DNA of 64,000 bases from a virus, in IMG/VR virus record IMGVR_UViG_3300032236_000548, positions 40,656-104,655 of that record. One strand, given 5' to 3'. Positions within the stretch are counted from its first letter, which is position 1. Each line of letters opens with the position of its first letter. The position numbers were made by a program, and so were the translations under genes. Below are positions 39,129 through 48,436 of the stretch, in pieces. The notes under the pieces were generated by a model. That model was not told the origin of the DNA and made no database searches. It saw nothing but the letters and a program-made list of their open reading frames with translations.

Positions 39129-39737
39129 ATGGAAAAAGATAGCGATTGGATGCAAAAACTATGGCGTCCAGCAATGGGATGGATGTACATGTTAATCTGT
39201 CTACTAGACATGGCAGTATTCCCAGTACTATGGTCATTGTTACAAGCAATGACACACATGCCGATTACACAATGGAATCCACTAACCTTACAAGGTGCAG
39301 GTTTATTCCATATTGCAATGGGCGCAGTTTTAGGTATTGCGGCTTTTGGTCGTACACAAGAAAAATTAGCAGGTACTGCCGCTAACCCAACTGCTACATC
39401 ACAAATAACAACTACCAATACTAACATGAGCGGTGTTCCAGCTGGCATGTCAGGCGGCTTTGGTGGTGCACCAAGTTTTGGAGGAGCAAGCAATGGCGGA
39501 TTCGGCGGTAACAACTCATCATTCGGCGGGGCTCCAACATTTGGCGCTCCTGCGGCAGGAGGCTTCGGTGCTTCCAGCGGTGGTTTTGGGGCAACAACAT
39601 CTCCAGCACCAGCCGCAAGTGGCTTTGGCGGAAGCGGGTTTGGAGGCGCACCTACAACAGGTTTCGGTTCAACAACGCCAGCAGTAAACGCAAAAGGTCT
39701 AAAGGTTATTCCCCAAGACCCAGATCCAGTTCTATAA
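39129..39737 (+). CDS. holin-like protein (GTA 3TM-type) with FG-repeat tail
   Basis: WRPAMGWMY, TM segments, LG...FGRT.EK; in the lysis cassette with its own TAAATA (39095-39100). Confidence 0.7.
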   Translation: MEKDSDWMQKLWRPAMGWMYMLICLLDMAVFPVLWSLLQAMTHMPITQWNPLTLQGAGLFHIAMGAVLGIAAFGRTQEKLAGTAANPTATSQITTTNTNMSGVPAGMSGGFGGAPSFGGASNGGFGGNNSSFGGAPTFGAPAAGGFGASSGGFGATTSPAPAASGFGGSGFGGAPTTGFGSTTPAVNAKGLKVIPQDPDPVL

Positions 39738-39747
39738 GGAAAATATT

Positions 39748-39942
39748 ATGAAAAAGTTTCTAGTTGCATTAAACATTGTAATTTGGTCAATTGTATGTGT
39801 TGAATTAGCACATGCAGAGCCTGCTAAAAAACCAGTAGCAGAAAAGAAGGCGCCAGCTAAGAAAGAAGTTAAAAAACATCAAAAATTCGAAGGCACAAAA
39901 GTAGAAGGTACTAAACCAGATACTCCAGCTAAGAAGAAGTAA
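39748..39942 (+). CDS. small secreted Lys-rich protein
   Basis: Signal peptide ending in AHA, basic mature part, AAGGA RBS. Confidence 0.65.
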   Translation: MKKFLVALNIVIWSIVCVELAHAEPAKKPVAEKKAPAKKEVKKHQKFEGTKVEGTKPDTPAKKK

Positions 39943-39955
39943 TTAAGTCAAAAAC

Positions 39956-39984
39956 TTGACTGGCTCCTTATAAGATAGTATAAT
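39956..39984 (+). promoter_or_regulatory. sigma70-type promoter for dnaJ-def-clpA
   Basis: TTGACT, 17 bp, TATAAT. Confidence 0.75.
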
Positions 39985-40009
39985 TACTATATTATTTGGA
40001 GCCTTTTTT
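39962..40009 (+). terminator. terminator-like long hairpin overlapping the promoter
   Basis: GGCTCC...ATAGTA-taat-TACTAT...GGAGCC followed by TTTTTT. Confidence 0.5.
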
Positions 40010-40015
40010 ACGACC

Positions 40016-40891
40016 ATGACTGATTATTACCAAACACTAGGTGTTAGCGAAACAGCTAGCCCAGACGAAATTAAAAAAGCCTACAGAAAATTGGCTAATC
40101 AGCATCATCCAGACAAGGGTGGAGACCAAGCCAAATTTAAAGATATTTCTGTAGCATACGATACACTGAGCGATGCTAACAAAAAAGCCGAATACGATCA
40201 ACAACGTATGTATGGCAATAGCACACACTCATTCCATTCGGGAGGCGGATTTGATCCGTTTAGCGGAATGTTCGGTGGCGGTGGAAGTCCGTTCCCGCAA
40301 GGTCATCCTTTCAACGACATCTTTAGAGGTATGGGACGCGGTGCTGGGCAGATGAGAAAGAACAGAGACTTGAATATACAATGTACTATCTCATTTATAG
40401 ATTCTTATCAAGGTAAACAACTAGAAGCAAACTACAGATTACCAAGTGGTAAAAATCAAACTGTAGTTATTAATGTTCCAGCTGGTATATTGCACGGAGA
40501 TACAATTAAGTATCAAGGGTTAGGTGACGATAGTGTTCCTAACATACAGCGTGGTGATCTTAATGTAACTATTCTAGTTCAGCCTGATCCTAAATTTGCC
40601 CGTAACGGGGACGACTTATATACAACTATCTTTATTAATCCAATAGAAGCTATGATTGGTTGTAGGAAAACAATACAAACAATTTCTGGCGGGACAATGG
40701 ATTTAGATATTCGTGCAGGAGTCGAGCATGGTGTCGAGTTTGCTAGCAATGGTAACGGATTTACTAATGTAAACACTGGGCGCAAAGGACGATTTGTTAC
40801 TGTAGTTCATATTAGAACTCCAGCAATTAACGATCCAGCAATAGTAGCAAGACTGAGAGACATTAATGCCGACATTAGTAACCTTCCCTAA
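40016..40891 (+). CDS. dnaJ: DnaJ/CbpA-class J-domain co-chaperone (no Zn finger)
   Basis: DYYQTLGV, HPDK, G/F-rich linker, C-terminal GDL...F.R.GDDLY domain. Confidence 0.92.
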   Translation: MTDYYQTLGVSETASPDEIKKAYRKLANQHHPDKGGDQAKFKDISVAYDTLSDANKKAEYDQQRMYGNSTHSFHSGGGFDPFSGMFGGGGSPFPQGHPFNDIFRGMGRGAGQMRKNRDLNIQCTISFIDSYQGKQLEANYRLPSGKNQTVVINVPAGILHGDTIKYQGLGDDSVPNIQRGDLNVTILVQPDPKFARNGDDLYTTIFINPIEAMIGCRKTIQTISGGTMDLDIRAGVEHGVEFASNGNGFTNVNTGRKGRFVTVVHIRTPAINDPAIVARLRDINADISNLP

Positions 40892-41372
40892 TCAAGTACT
40901 TAAACAACAAGCAGAACCTTTTCAATTTGAAACTGAGCAAGATTTAGAAAATGCTCGTCAACTTGAAATTGATATGGTTAAACTTATGATTGAGAGTAAC
41001 GGAATTGGGCTTGCCGCAAATCAAGTCGGAATACTCAAAAGAGTATTTGCTATACGTTTGCAGGATCAGGTTCCATTTTGTATGTTCAACCCGATAATTG
41101 TTTCACACACAGATGATATTGTAGAAGCAGAAGAAGGATGTTTGAGCTTTCCTAACTTGTGGCTCAAAGTAAAACGTCCTAGTTCAATTACTGCCGAATA
41201 CTTTGACAGACAAGGAAAAAAGTGTATAATAGAATTGAAGGGAATAGATGCTAGATGTTTCCAACATGAATTGGATCATTTGGATGGTGTTTGCTTCACA
41301 GATAAAATTAGTCCATTAAAACTAGCATTAGCTAAAAAGAAATTACAAAAGAGGAAGAAATTCAATGGTTGA
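40866..41372 (+). CDS. def: peptide deformylase
   Basis: GIGLAANQVG, EGCLS, QHELDHLDG. Confidence 0.95.
   Translation: MPTLVTFPNQVLKQQAEPFQFETEQDLENARQLEIDMVKLMIESNGIGLAANQVGILKRVFAIRLQDQVPFCMFNPIIVSHTDDIVEAEEGCLSFPNLWLKVKRPSSITAEYFDRQGKKCIIELKGIDARCFQHELDHLDGVCFTDKISPLKLALAKKKLQKRKKFNG
41203..41230 (+). promoter_or_regulatory. sigma70 consensus promoter inside def, upstream of clpA
   Basis: TTGACA, 16 bp, TATAAT. Confidence 0.6.
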
Positions 41373-43635
41373 ACCTAGTGATAACCTACAAGCGGTATTT
41401 GAAAAAGCAATTGATACTGCTAAGAAACTACATCACGAATACTTAACAATCGAACATTTACTGTTTGCTATGTTAATGGAAGAAGGATTTGCTAATACTG
41501 TACAAGGGTTTGGTGCTAATGCTGATAACTTAAAACAAGAACTAGCAGACTATCTTCAAAACAAATGTGCAGAAATTACCATTGAAGACGTGGTTGTTAA
41601 GCCTAAAAAGACACAAGCCGTTGAACGTGTACTCAATCGTGCATTTACACAAACATTGTTTAATGGACGTCAGCGTATCGAGCCAACAGATGTTTTTCTT
41701 GCTATGATTGGCGAAAAACGTAGTTGGGCAAACTACTATATTCAAAAGGCTAATATTGACAAAGACAAATTTGCCGACTATTTGAATAATACTGTTGAAG
41801 AAGGTGAAGAAGAAGCGCCACAAGACAATCAAGGCGAACGTGCTTTGAAAGCATTTACAACAGACTTGAATGACCAAGTTATTAAGAACAAAGTTGATCC
41901 AGTTATCGGTCGAATTGACGAACTAGAAAACATTGCGTTGGCTTTAGGCCGTCGTAGTAAAAACAACGTAATCCTTGTTGGAGATCCTGGTGTAGGCAAG
42001 ACGGCTATAGCCGAAGGTTTAGCATACAACATAGTTAAGGGCGCAGTCCCAGATTTCCTCAAAGATTACAAAGTATTCAGCTTAGATATTTCAGCTATGC
42101 TTGCTGGTAGTAAATATCGCGGTGACTTTGAAGAACGTTTTAAACACGTTATTAAAGCATTGCAGAAGAAAGGCAAGACTGTGTTGTTTATTGACGAAGC
42201 ACACATGATTAGTGGTGCAGGTTCAGCAAGCAATTCAGCTAACGACCTTGCTAACATGATGAAACCTGCGTTGTCTAAAGGTAATATTAAAGTTATTGCC
42301 TCAACTACTTGGGAAGAATATCGTAAACACTTTGAAAAGGATCGTGCGTTGATGCGCCGTTTCCAACGCATTACTGTCGACGAGCCTACACAAGAAATGA
42401 CTGTTAGCATTTTGCAAGGTATTAAGAAATACTACGAACAATACCATAATGTCAAAATTCGTAATGATGCTATCCAAGCGGCTGTTAAGCTGTCTGTTAA
42501 GTATCAAACAGATAAGAAGCTTCCAGATAAGGCAATTGACTTAATTGACGTAGCATGTTCACGCTTTAATTTGAAACTTGCCGATGAACGTATTATCGGC
42601 GAACATGAGATTCAATACGAACTTGCTAAAATGATTCAAATGCCAGAAGAAAAGATTATGGAAACTGAGTCTAGCAACCTTGCCAGCTTACAAGACAACT
42701 TGCAAGCAGAAGTATACGGACAAGATCTTGCTCTTACAGAAATTGTAGACAAGATTATGGTTGCACAAGCTGGTTTGAAATCAGAAAACAAGCCAATTGG
42801 TAGTTTTGTATTCATGGGGCCAACTGGTACAGGTAAAACTGAAACTGCTAAAGCCCTTGCTAAACACTTGGGTACTAAGTTGCTACGCTTTGATATGAGT
42901 GAATATCAAGAAAAGCATAGTATCTCTAAGCTAATTGGTAGCCCTCCTGGTTATGTTGGCTTTGAAGAGAACGCTGGATTGTTAATTACACAGATTCAAG
43001 AGAACCCAAATGCTGTTCTGTTGTTTGACGAAGTAGAAAAGTCACATCCAGATGTAACAACTGTATTGTTACAAATGATGGATAATGGATTTATTACTGG
43101 TTCGAATGGTAAGAAAGCTGATTGCCGTAACTTAATCCTTATTCTAACCACTAACGCTGGCGCACAAGATGCTGAGAAGAACGTTATCGGCTTTGGCACA
43201 CAGGAAAAAGAGTACAGCGATAAAGACTTGAAGAAGTTCTTTACACCAGAGTTCCGCAATCGTTTAGATGGCATCATGACATTTAACAAGTTGGGCAAAG
43301 AAACTATGGTTAAGATTGTTGGTAAGTTTATCGACGAACTACGTGCTCAAGTTAAAGAGAAAGGTGTTAAAGTCAAGCTAGATAAGGAAAGTACTAACTG
43401 GCTGATTGCTAAAGGCTTTGATCCTAAGATGGGCGCTCGTCCGTTACAACGTGTTATTGACAAGGAAATTAAACGTCCGTTGGCAAAGGCTATGTTGTTT
43501 GGGGACTTGAAAGCTGGAGGTACTGCGTCAATTACTGTTGAAAACGATCAACTAGTACTTGTATCAACTCCTAAAGAAGTTAAAGTAGCTTTATTAACAG
43601 TAGATGCTACTAAAGAGGAGTCGAATGCTGTATAA
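41365..43635 (+). CDS. clpA: ATP-dependent Clp protease ATP-binding subunit ClpA
   Basis: Clp-N (HEYLTIEHLL), two AAA+ modules (GDPGVGKT; GPTGTGKT), no ClpB M-domain, IGF ClpP-docking loop, GARPL. Confidence 0.93.
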   Translation: MVEPSDNLQAVFEKAIDTAKKLHHEYLTIEHLLFAMLMEEGFANTVQGFGANADNLKQELADYLQNKCAEITIEDVVVKPKKTQAVERVLNRAFTQTLFNGRQRIEPTDVFLAMIGEKRSWANYYIQKANIDKDKFADYLNNTVEEGEEEAPQDNQGERALKAFTTDLNDQVIKNKVDPVIGRIDELENIALALGRRSKNNVILVGDPGVGKTAIAEGLAYNIVKGAVPDFLKDYKVFSLDISAMLAGSKYRGDFEERFKHVIKALQKKGKTVLFIDEAHMISGAGSASNSANDLANMMKPALSKGNIKVIASTTWEEYRKHFEKDRALMRRFQRITVDEPTQEMTVSILQGIKKYYEQYHNVKIRNDAIQAAVKLSVKYQTDKKLPDKAIDLIDVACSRFNLKLADERIIGEHEIQYELAKMIQMPEEKIMETESSNLASLQDNLQAEVYGQDLALTEIVDKIMVAQAGLKSENKPIGSFVFMGPTGTGKTETAKALAKHLGTKLLRFDMSEYQEKHSISKLIGSPPGYVGFEENAGLLITQIQENPNAVLLFDEVEKSHPDVTTVLLQMMDNGFITGSNGKKADCRNLILILTTNAGAQDAEKNVIGFGTQEKEYSDKDLKKFFTPEFRNRLDGIMTFNKLGKETMVKIVGKFIDELRAQVKEKGVKVKLDKESTNWLIAKGFDPKMGARPLQRVIDKEIKRPLAKAMLFGDLKAGGTASITVENDQLVLVSTPKEVKVALLTVDATKEESNAV

Positions 43636-44263
43636 AACCACTAAGCGTCTGTTTAGAGGAATTTATCAGTATAAGATTGTACTGACATGTGCAGGCGCCG
43701 GCTATTTTAGAAATGCAGACTTAGACAATGTTGCATTACAATTAGTCGACGCCGAAGCAATGTTAAAGGATACACGTAAAACTCCTTCGTACAAACTTCA
43801 GCACATAAAAACATTAGAAGATCTTGAGTATGCACAAGGGCTACACCTGGCCCTTGTCAAGATGCAGGACATGGAAATCCGTGTAGAAAGTCCATGGATT
43901 ACCATTTACTCTAATAATAAAAAAGATATAGATACACTAGCTAAAATAGATAAATCTAAAGTAAAATATATCAGCCAACCTGAAGCAAATACAGCATTAG
44001 CCGCTGGGACTATAGTAATGCCCAAGATGGACTACGATTATCGTGTTACAATGGGTAAAACTAACCAGCCAAACCCTAGTTTCATTGCTTGGGCACAAAC
44101 AAATAAAAAATGCAAATTAACTAAAAGTTGCATTAGAGATTTAGAGAAATCGCGTAGTTGGGGCGGCACACATTTTTATATCACGGGTGATAATAACTTA
44201 CTCTTAGCTAAGATGCATCTGGGCGGTTGCATAGCTAAAGTAGAGCGCATCGTTAAAAACTAA
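43625..44263 (+). CDS. hypothetical protein
   Basis: GAGGAG RBS before the ATG at 43625. Confidence 0.72.
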   Translation: MLYKTTKRLFRGIYQYKIVLTCAGAGYFRNADLDNVALQLVDAEAMLKDTRKTPSYKLQHIKTLEDLEYAQGLHLALVKMQDMEIRVESPWITIYSNNKKDIDTLAKIDKSKVKYISQPEANTALAAGTIVMPKMDYDYRVTMGKTNQPNPSFIAWAQTNKKCKLTKSCIRDLEKSRSWGGTHFYITGDNNLLLAKMHLGGCIAKVERIVKN

Positions 44264-44332
44264 AGCCTTTGCAAAAGCGATAAATACTCTAACCGCAGAG
44301 ATTTCTGCTGAACAGTAAAAACGGGCTTAAAA

Positions 44333-44704
44333 ATGCGTATAAAAGAACTATTAGAGGGCAAATATTTTGACGATATGAAGTTTGTCAAGCAAGAAGGCGA
44401 CAAACGCGATATCGACTTTGATTTACCCGATGATCTTATACATTTCATGCACAACGATGACGATGTTTATCGCCGCCATCTTTTTCCTAAAATAGCACAT
44501 TGTATCGATCAAGTTAAAGTTAAAAAACCTACAGATTTAGAAATTTTCAAACCAGCTGTTCAACACAGCTACAAACTATACATTAAAAAGTTTCCTATTC
44601 GCGAATTACCTACCGAGCTAGGTGACAAGATGATGGAACGTATTTGTGGTAAGTTGCACGATGATACCCTTCAAGATATCAAAGACGGTGTTTACAAGGA
44701 TTAA
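44333..44704 (+). CDS. hypothetical protein, probable internal head protein
   Basis: TAAATA at 44281-44286; N-terminus MRIKELLE. Confidence 0.65.
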   Translation: MRIKELLEGKYFDDMKFVKQEGDKRDIDFDLPDDLIHFMHNDDDVYRRHLFPKIAHCIDQVKVKKPTDLEIFKPAVQHSYKLYIKKFPIRELPTELGDKMMERICGKLHDDTLQDIKDGVYKD

Positions 44705-44706
44705 TC

Positions 44707-45948
44707 GTGTTACTAAGAGAACTATTCATTAGAGAAAATGTTAAACCTGCTGAAACTAAAAAGAAACAAGTAGGCAGAGCATTCAACCACCCTGAAGATT
44801 TAACATTCATGAATGGTAGTAAAGGTGCTATTAAAGCACTCGAGCACATTAAAAAGATCGGAACAGATTCTAGCGCAGTTCGTTTAAAGTGGGACGGTGC
44901 TCCTCAAGTATACTGGGGTTGGAATTGGAATGAACAAACTGGTCAACACGAATTTGTAACCGCTAACCATAATGGTTGGTTACGTGGAGGCGGTGGCACT
45001 AGTGATGTTAGTGAGTTTACTAACCAACATGGCATTTTTAATTTTATTGCTAACCGTAGCGGTAGTGCTAAAACTCCTGAAGAACAACAACAACGTGAAA
45101 TATTTGCCAAAGAGTTTAGCTTCTTACATCCTGTTTTAGAAAAAGCAACAAAGCGTCCTAAGAAAGGTAAGAGTTTATTCTTCTATGCTGATGGATTATT
45201 CTTACAGCCTCCAAGAGTGGATGCTAACGGTGTTTATAACTTACATCCTAATCCAAAAGGTAATACAGTTTATCATATTGCACAAGATACTGAATTAGGT
45301 CAGCGTATTAGCAGTGCCAGAGCAATGATGGTAGGTCATGGAATGTTTACACACTTTGGTGCTCCAGACGAAGCACAACAGGCAGTAGAAGATTTTAGTC
45401 CATACATTGACGATAATGTTTCCGATGTTATTATCCTTGGACCATACTATACACAAATTCAACCACAAGTAGATGTTGAAGCAATCAATCAAGTAGAACA
45501 AGATATTGCATCACACGGTGCAGAAATTGACAGTTTCCTTGCTCCGCTTGCTGGTGTAAGTGGATTTAAAAATATAATCTATCGTTATGTAAACACTATG
45601 GCTAAAGAAAGTAATTTACATAATGTAGCACATAACTTTATGACATGGGCGCAGGCAAACCCTACAGTTGTAAGTGCTAATCAATATCAAAAAATACAAG
45701 AACGTTTACAACAATTCCCAGGCGGCTTAACTGCCATGTTTAATCTGTTTAGCAGTATTATGCAATTAAAGAATCATATACTTGCACAGTTAGATGCAGA
45801 CCCCGGTGAGATTAAAGTAAGTAATCCAGAAGGTTGGGTACACTACGACAAGAAAGGTGACGACCACATTAAGATGGTGCCGCGTCACGATATAGAAACT
45901 CCACATGGAACAACTATTCCAGCGTGGGTACCAGGAATGCCAAAATGA
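44707..45948 (+). CDS. ligase-fold (KxDG) nucleotidyltransferase-like protein (DUF6267-like)
   Basis: H.ED, KWDGAP, EGWV, IKMV.R motifs; GTG start; leader LLRELFIRE. Confidence 0.6.
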   Translation: MLLRELFIRENVKPAETKKKQVGRAFNHPEDLTFMNGSKGAIKALEHIKKIGTDSSAVRLKWDGAPQVYWGWNWNEQTGQHEFVTANHNGWLRGGGGTSDVSEFTNQHGIFNFIANRSGSAKTPEEQQQREIFAKEFSFLHPVLEKATKRPKKGKSLFFYADGLFLQPPRVDANGVYNLHPNPKGNTVYHIAQDTELGQRISSARAMMVGHGMFTHFGAPDEAQQAVEDFSPYIDDNVSDVIILGPYYTQIQPQVDVEAINQVEQDIASHGAEIDSFLAPLAGVSGFKNIIYRYVNTMAKESNLHNVAHNFMTWAQANPTVVSANQYQKIQERLQQFPGGLTAMFNLFSSIMQLKNHILAQLDADPGEIKVSNPEGWVHYDKKGDDHIKMVPRHDIETPHGTTIPAWVPGMPK

Positions 45949-46985
45949 GATTAAGACAATTATTTGAATCAGGTCATGCTAAAGCAGATGCGGCATTTTG
46001 CTTTGGACGTTTTAATCCTCCGCATCAAGGTCATGCAGAAGTTTGGTCAGCAGTTAAAAACTCTGCACATAAATGGTATATTGGCACAAACCCAACTACT
46101 ATCGGACCTAACGATCCGTTAGCTTTTAATACTAAGACAGCATGGATGACTGCCATCGATCCTGAAATTGAAGGACATATATTAGGCGAAACAAGCGTAC
46201 TTACACTAGCCGCTAGAATTTTTAGCCACTTAGGCGAAGGTGTAACTATTGGTTACGTTACAGACGAAACAGACTGGGCGTGGGCCGGTAAGCTATTACA
46301 TCAGTACAACGGACAAAAGAGTTTACACGGATATTTTAATTTTAAAGGTATTATTCATATTCCTAGCCCACGAGTTATGAGTGCTACGAAATTACGTGAA
46401 GCCGCTCGTGCAGGCAATGAGGAGCTGTTTTATCAATTAGCTGGCGTAGATCCAGAACTAAAAGTACATGGAAAATCATTCTTTGAAACCGTAGCAGAAG
46501 CATGTGGACAACATCCTATTAAAGCTAAAAAAGTTAAGAAAGAAAAGGCTGTAGTACAAGAATTAAATTCGATTAAATATGCTAATAAGGTATTAAGAGA
46601 AATGAAATTAAGAGAATTGTTCAGAGAAGGCAAAGTTACAGATGTACATCCAGATCATGATGCTGTACATCAAGGCGGAGTAAGTAGAAGCCGTGACGTT
46701 GGAGGGTACGATCGTGTTTACCACATGAATCGTTTGATGATGGCTATGGCTATGGCTAACGGTAAAGATACCAAAGCTGTTGATAGCCCAGAATCAACTT
46801 GGGTTGAAAAATTTAACACACACCATCCTTATACCAAAGAAGAACATAATATGATTCATTCGGCATTTAAAACTGTGCCAACTGACAAAGAAGAAATTTC
46901 TCCGTGGGAGAAAAGCGAAGAACCTAAAGATACAAACATAGTAAGCCCTGTGGCTAAATCTAAAAAGAACAAATACGGAATCTAA
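45945..46985 (+). CDS. cytidyltransferase-like (HIGH-motif) protein with extra C-terminal domain
   Basis: FGRFNPPHQGH, DPL...K, MSATKLR; start MRLRQLFE at 45945. Confidence 0.75.
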   Translation: MRLRQLFESGHAKADAAFCFGRFNPPHQGHAEVWSAVKNSAHKWYIGTNPTTIGPNDPLAFNTKTAWMTAIDPEIEGHILGETSVLTLAARIFSHLGEGVTIGYVTDETDWAWAGKLLHQYNGQKSLHGYFNFKGIIHIPSPRVMSATKLREAARAGNEELFYQLAGVDPELKVHGKSFFETVAEACGQHPIKAKKVKKEKAVVQELNSIKYANKVLREMKLRELFREGKVTDVHPDHDAVHQGGVSRSRDVGGYDRVYHMNRLMMAMAMANGKDTKAVDSPESTWVEKFNTHHPYTKEEHNMIHSAFKTVPTDKEEISPWEKSEEPKDTNIVSPVAKSKKNKYGI

Positions 46986-46986
46986 C

Positions 46987-47427
46987 ATGGAACACGATAA
47001 GTATCATCTAGCACTTAAGACAGCGTTTGCTAGTGAATATGCCTTTGCTATCAAGGCACAAAACTTTCATTGGAATTGTGAAGGTCCATTATTTTATCAA
47101 TTGCATTTGTTATTTGAACGTGTTTACGAAGAAGTATATGGTAGCATCGATACGTTTGCTGAACAAATTCGTGCATTACAAGTATACACTCCAGCAAGTT
47201 TGGAAAAGTTTAGTATGCTATCAGCAGTCAAAGATGAAAACGAAATACTAGATTTTGAAAGTATGCTCCGTGAACTACTAGCAGACAGCGATAAAATGGC
47301 TGAGATTTTCCGTATTACGTTCGATATGGCTGAACATCACGGAGATCATGGACTAAGTAATTTTTTAGCTGATAGACAAGATGCACACAAGAAGCACAGT
47401 TGGATGTTAAGAGCGAGCTTGAAGTAA
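46987..47427 (+). CDS. dps: Dps / mini-ferritin
   Basis: K.QNFHWN..G..FYQLHLLFE..Y, D..AE.IR.L, H.K..WML. Confidence 0.9.
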   Translation: MEHDKYHLALKTAFASEYAFAIKAQNFHWNCEGPLFYQLHLLFERVYEEVYGSIDTFAEQIRALQVYTPASLEKFSMLSAVKDENEILDFESMLRELLADSDKMAEIFRITFDMAEHHGDHGLSNFLADRQDAHKKHSWMLRASLK

Positions 47428-47639
47428 TGGATGATTTAGCACGTCTTAAGAAGTTAGCCGGTGTTAATGAATTTAAAGGCCTGCAACCTTACGAGCTAGA
47501 TGGAATAAACATAAGCATTACTGGAACTGAAAAAGCCAAGTTGATGCGTGAAAATAATATTAAACCGGGGACACCCGAATGGTTTCAACTATGGTTTAGT
47601 AAGCCTTACTTAACTGGTGAGAAACCTGTAGGAAAATAA
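47427..47639 (+). CDS. small hypothetical protein, probable internal head protein
   Basis: Start MDDLARLKKLAG at 47427; IKPGTPEWFQLWF motif. Confidence 0.65.
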   Translation: MDDLARLKKLAGVNEFKGLQPYELDGINISITGTEKAKLMRENNIKPGTPEWFQLWFSKPYLTGEKPVGK

Positions 47640-47641
47640 TT

Positions 47642-48436
47642 ATGAAAATTGAACATTTAATCGGTCTAACTAAAGAGCAATTATTAGAAATGGACAAGAG
47701 CCAGAAAGGTGCTCCAGGTTGGAATATTAGTGACGATGAGCCAGGCGGCAAGGAACATTACGTTAAAGCAGTTAAAGCTAAAGATGTTGTTAAAAGCGCA
47801 CACAAAGAGCTTAACAAGGCATTTAAAGGTGTGGATAGAAATAAAGTCGAAAAGCATAGTTATAAAAAGAATGAATTTGATATGAAAGAAAATCATAGAG
47901 ATGCTTACGAACGTGACTACGATAGTAGCGTGAGTGGATTCGGCCGTTCAGCTAGAGATTGGGACGAAGGTGATCAAGAACCACCAAACAATTTTGCTAT
48001 CTACATTAACGGTAAGAAGTGGAAGGTATTCCCTGGAGAAGGGTATCACGCAGACGATCATCGCGAGCGCATTCAGCACCAACGACTACGAGATATGTGT
48101 GCTAAAAAAACAGCACAATCAGGTAAGAAATGGTCAGTTCATGCTACTGGTGAAAATCCAACTTCTGAAAGTGTATCTGAATCAGCTACAGCAGGCGCTA
48201 CTAGTGCCGCTAACATTGGAACAGTTGATGCACCTCAGTTAAGTCCAGGTAAAGCACGTGGTAAAAAGAGCTACACAGGTAGTATGTCTAGTGGCTCAGG
48301 TACTAAAGCACCTCCACAACCAGTAGTAAAACAACCTAAAAACAAGGATGGAACAGCTAAAAATGGCCTGGATATTAAAGGCACAAGTCTGTTCGGCGGG
48401 CCCGCTAACGAGGGCGCAGTAATCAAAAGACGCTAA
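47642..48436 (+). CDS. hypothetical protein, probable internal head protein
   Basis: Charged low-complexity ORF with ESATAGATSA.NI motif and several [LIVM]xE sites. Confidence 0.65.
   Translation: MKIEHLIGLTKEQLLEMDKSQKGAPGWNISDDEPGGKEHYVKAVKAKDVVKSAHKELNKAFKGVDRNKVEKHSYKKNEFDMKENHRDAYERDYDSSVSGFGRSARDWDEGDQEPPNNFAIYINGKKWKVFPGEGYHADDHRERIQHQRLRDMCAKKTAQSGKKWSVHATGENPTSESVSESATAGATSAANIGTVDAPQLSPGKARGKKSYTGSMSSGSGTKAPPQPVVKQPKNKDGTAKNGLDIKGTSLFGGPANEGAVIKRR

Noticed and set aside
44295-44308. GCAGA-gatt-TCTGC hairpin after the TAAATA at 44281
   Set aside because: Only 5 bp with no U-tract; at most a 5' stabilising hairpin, too weak to call.
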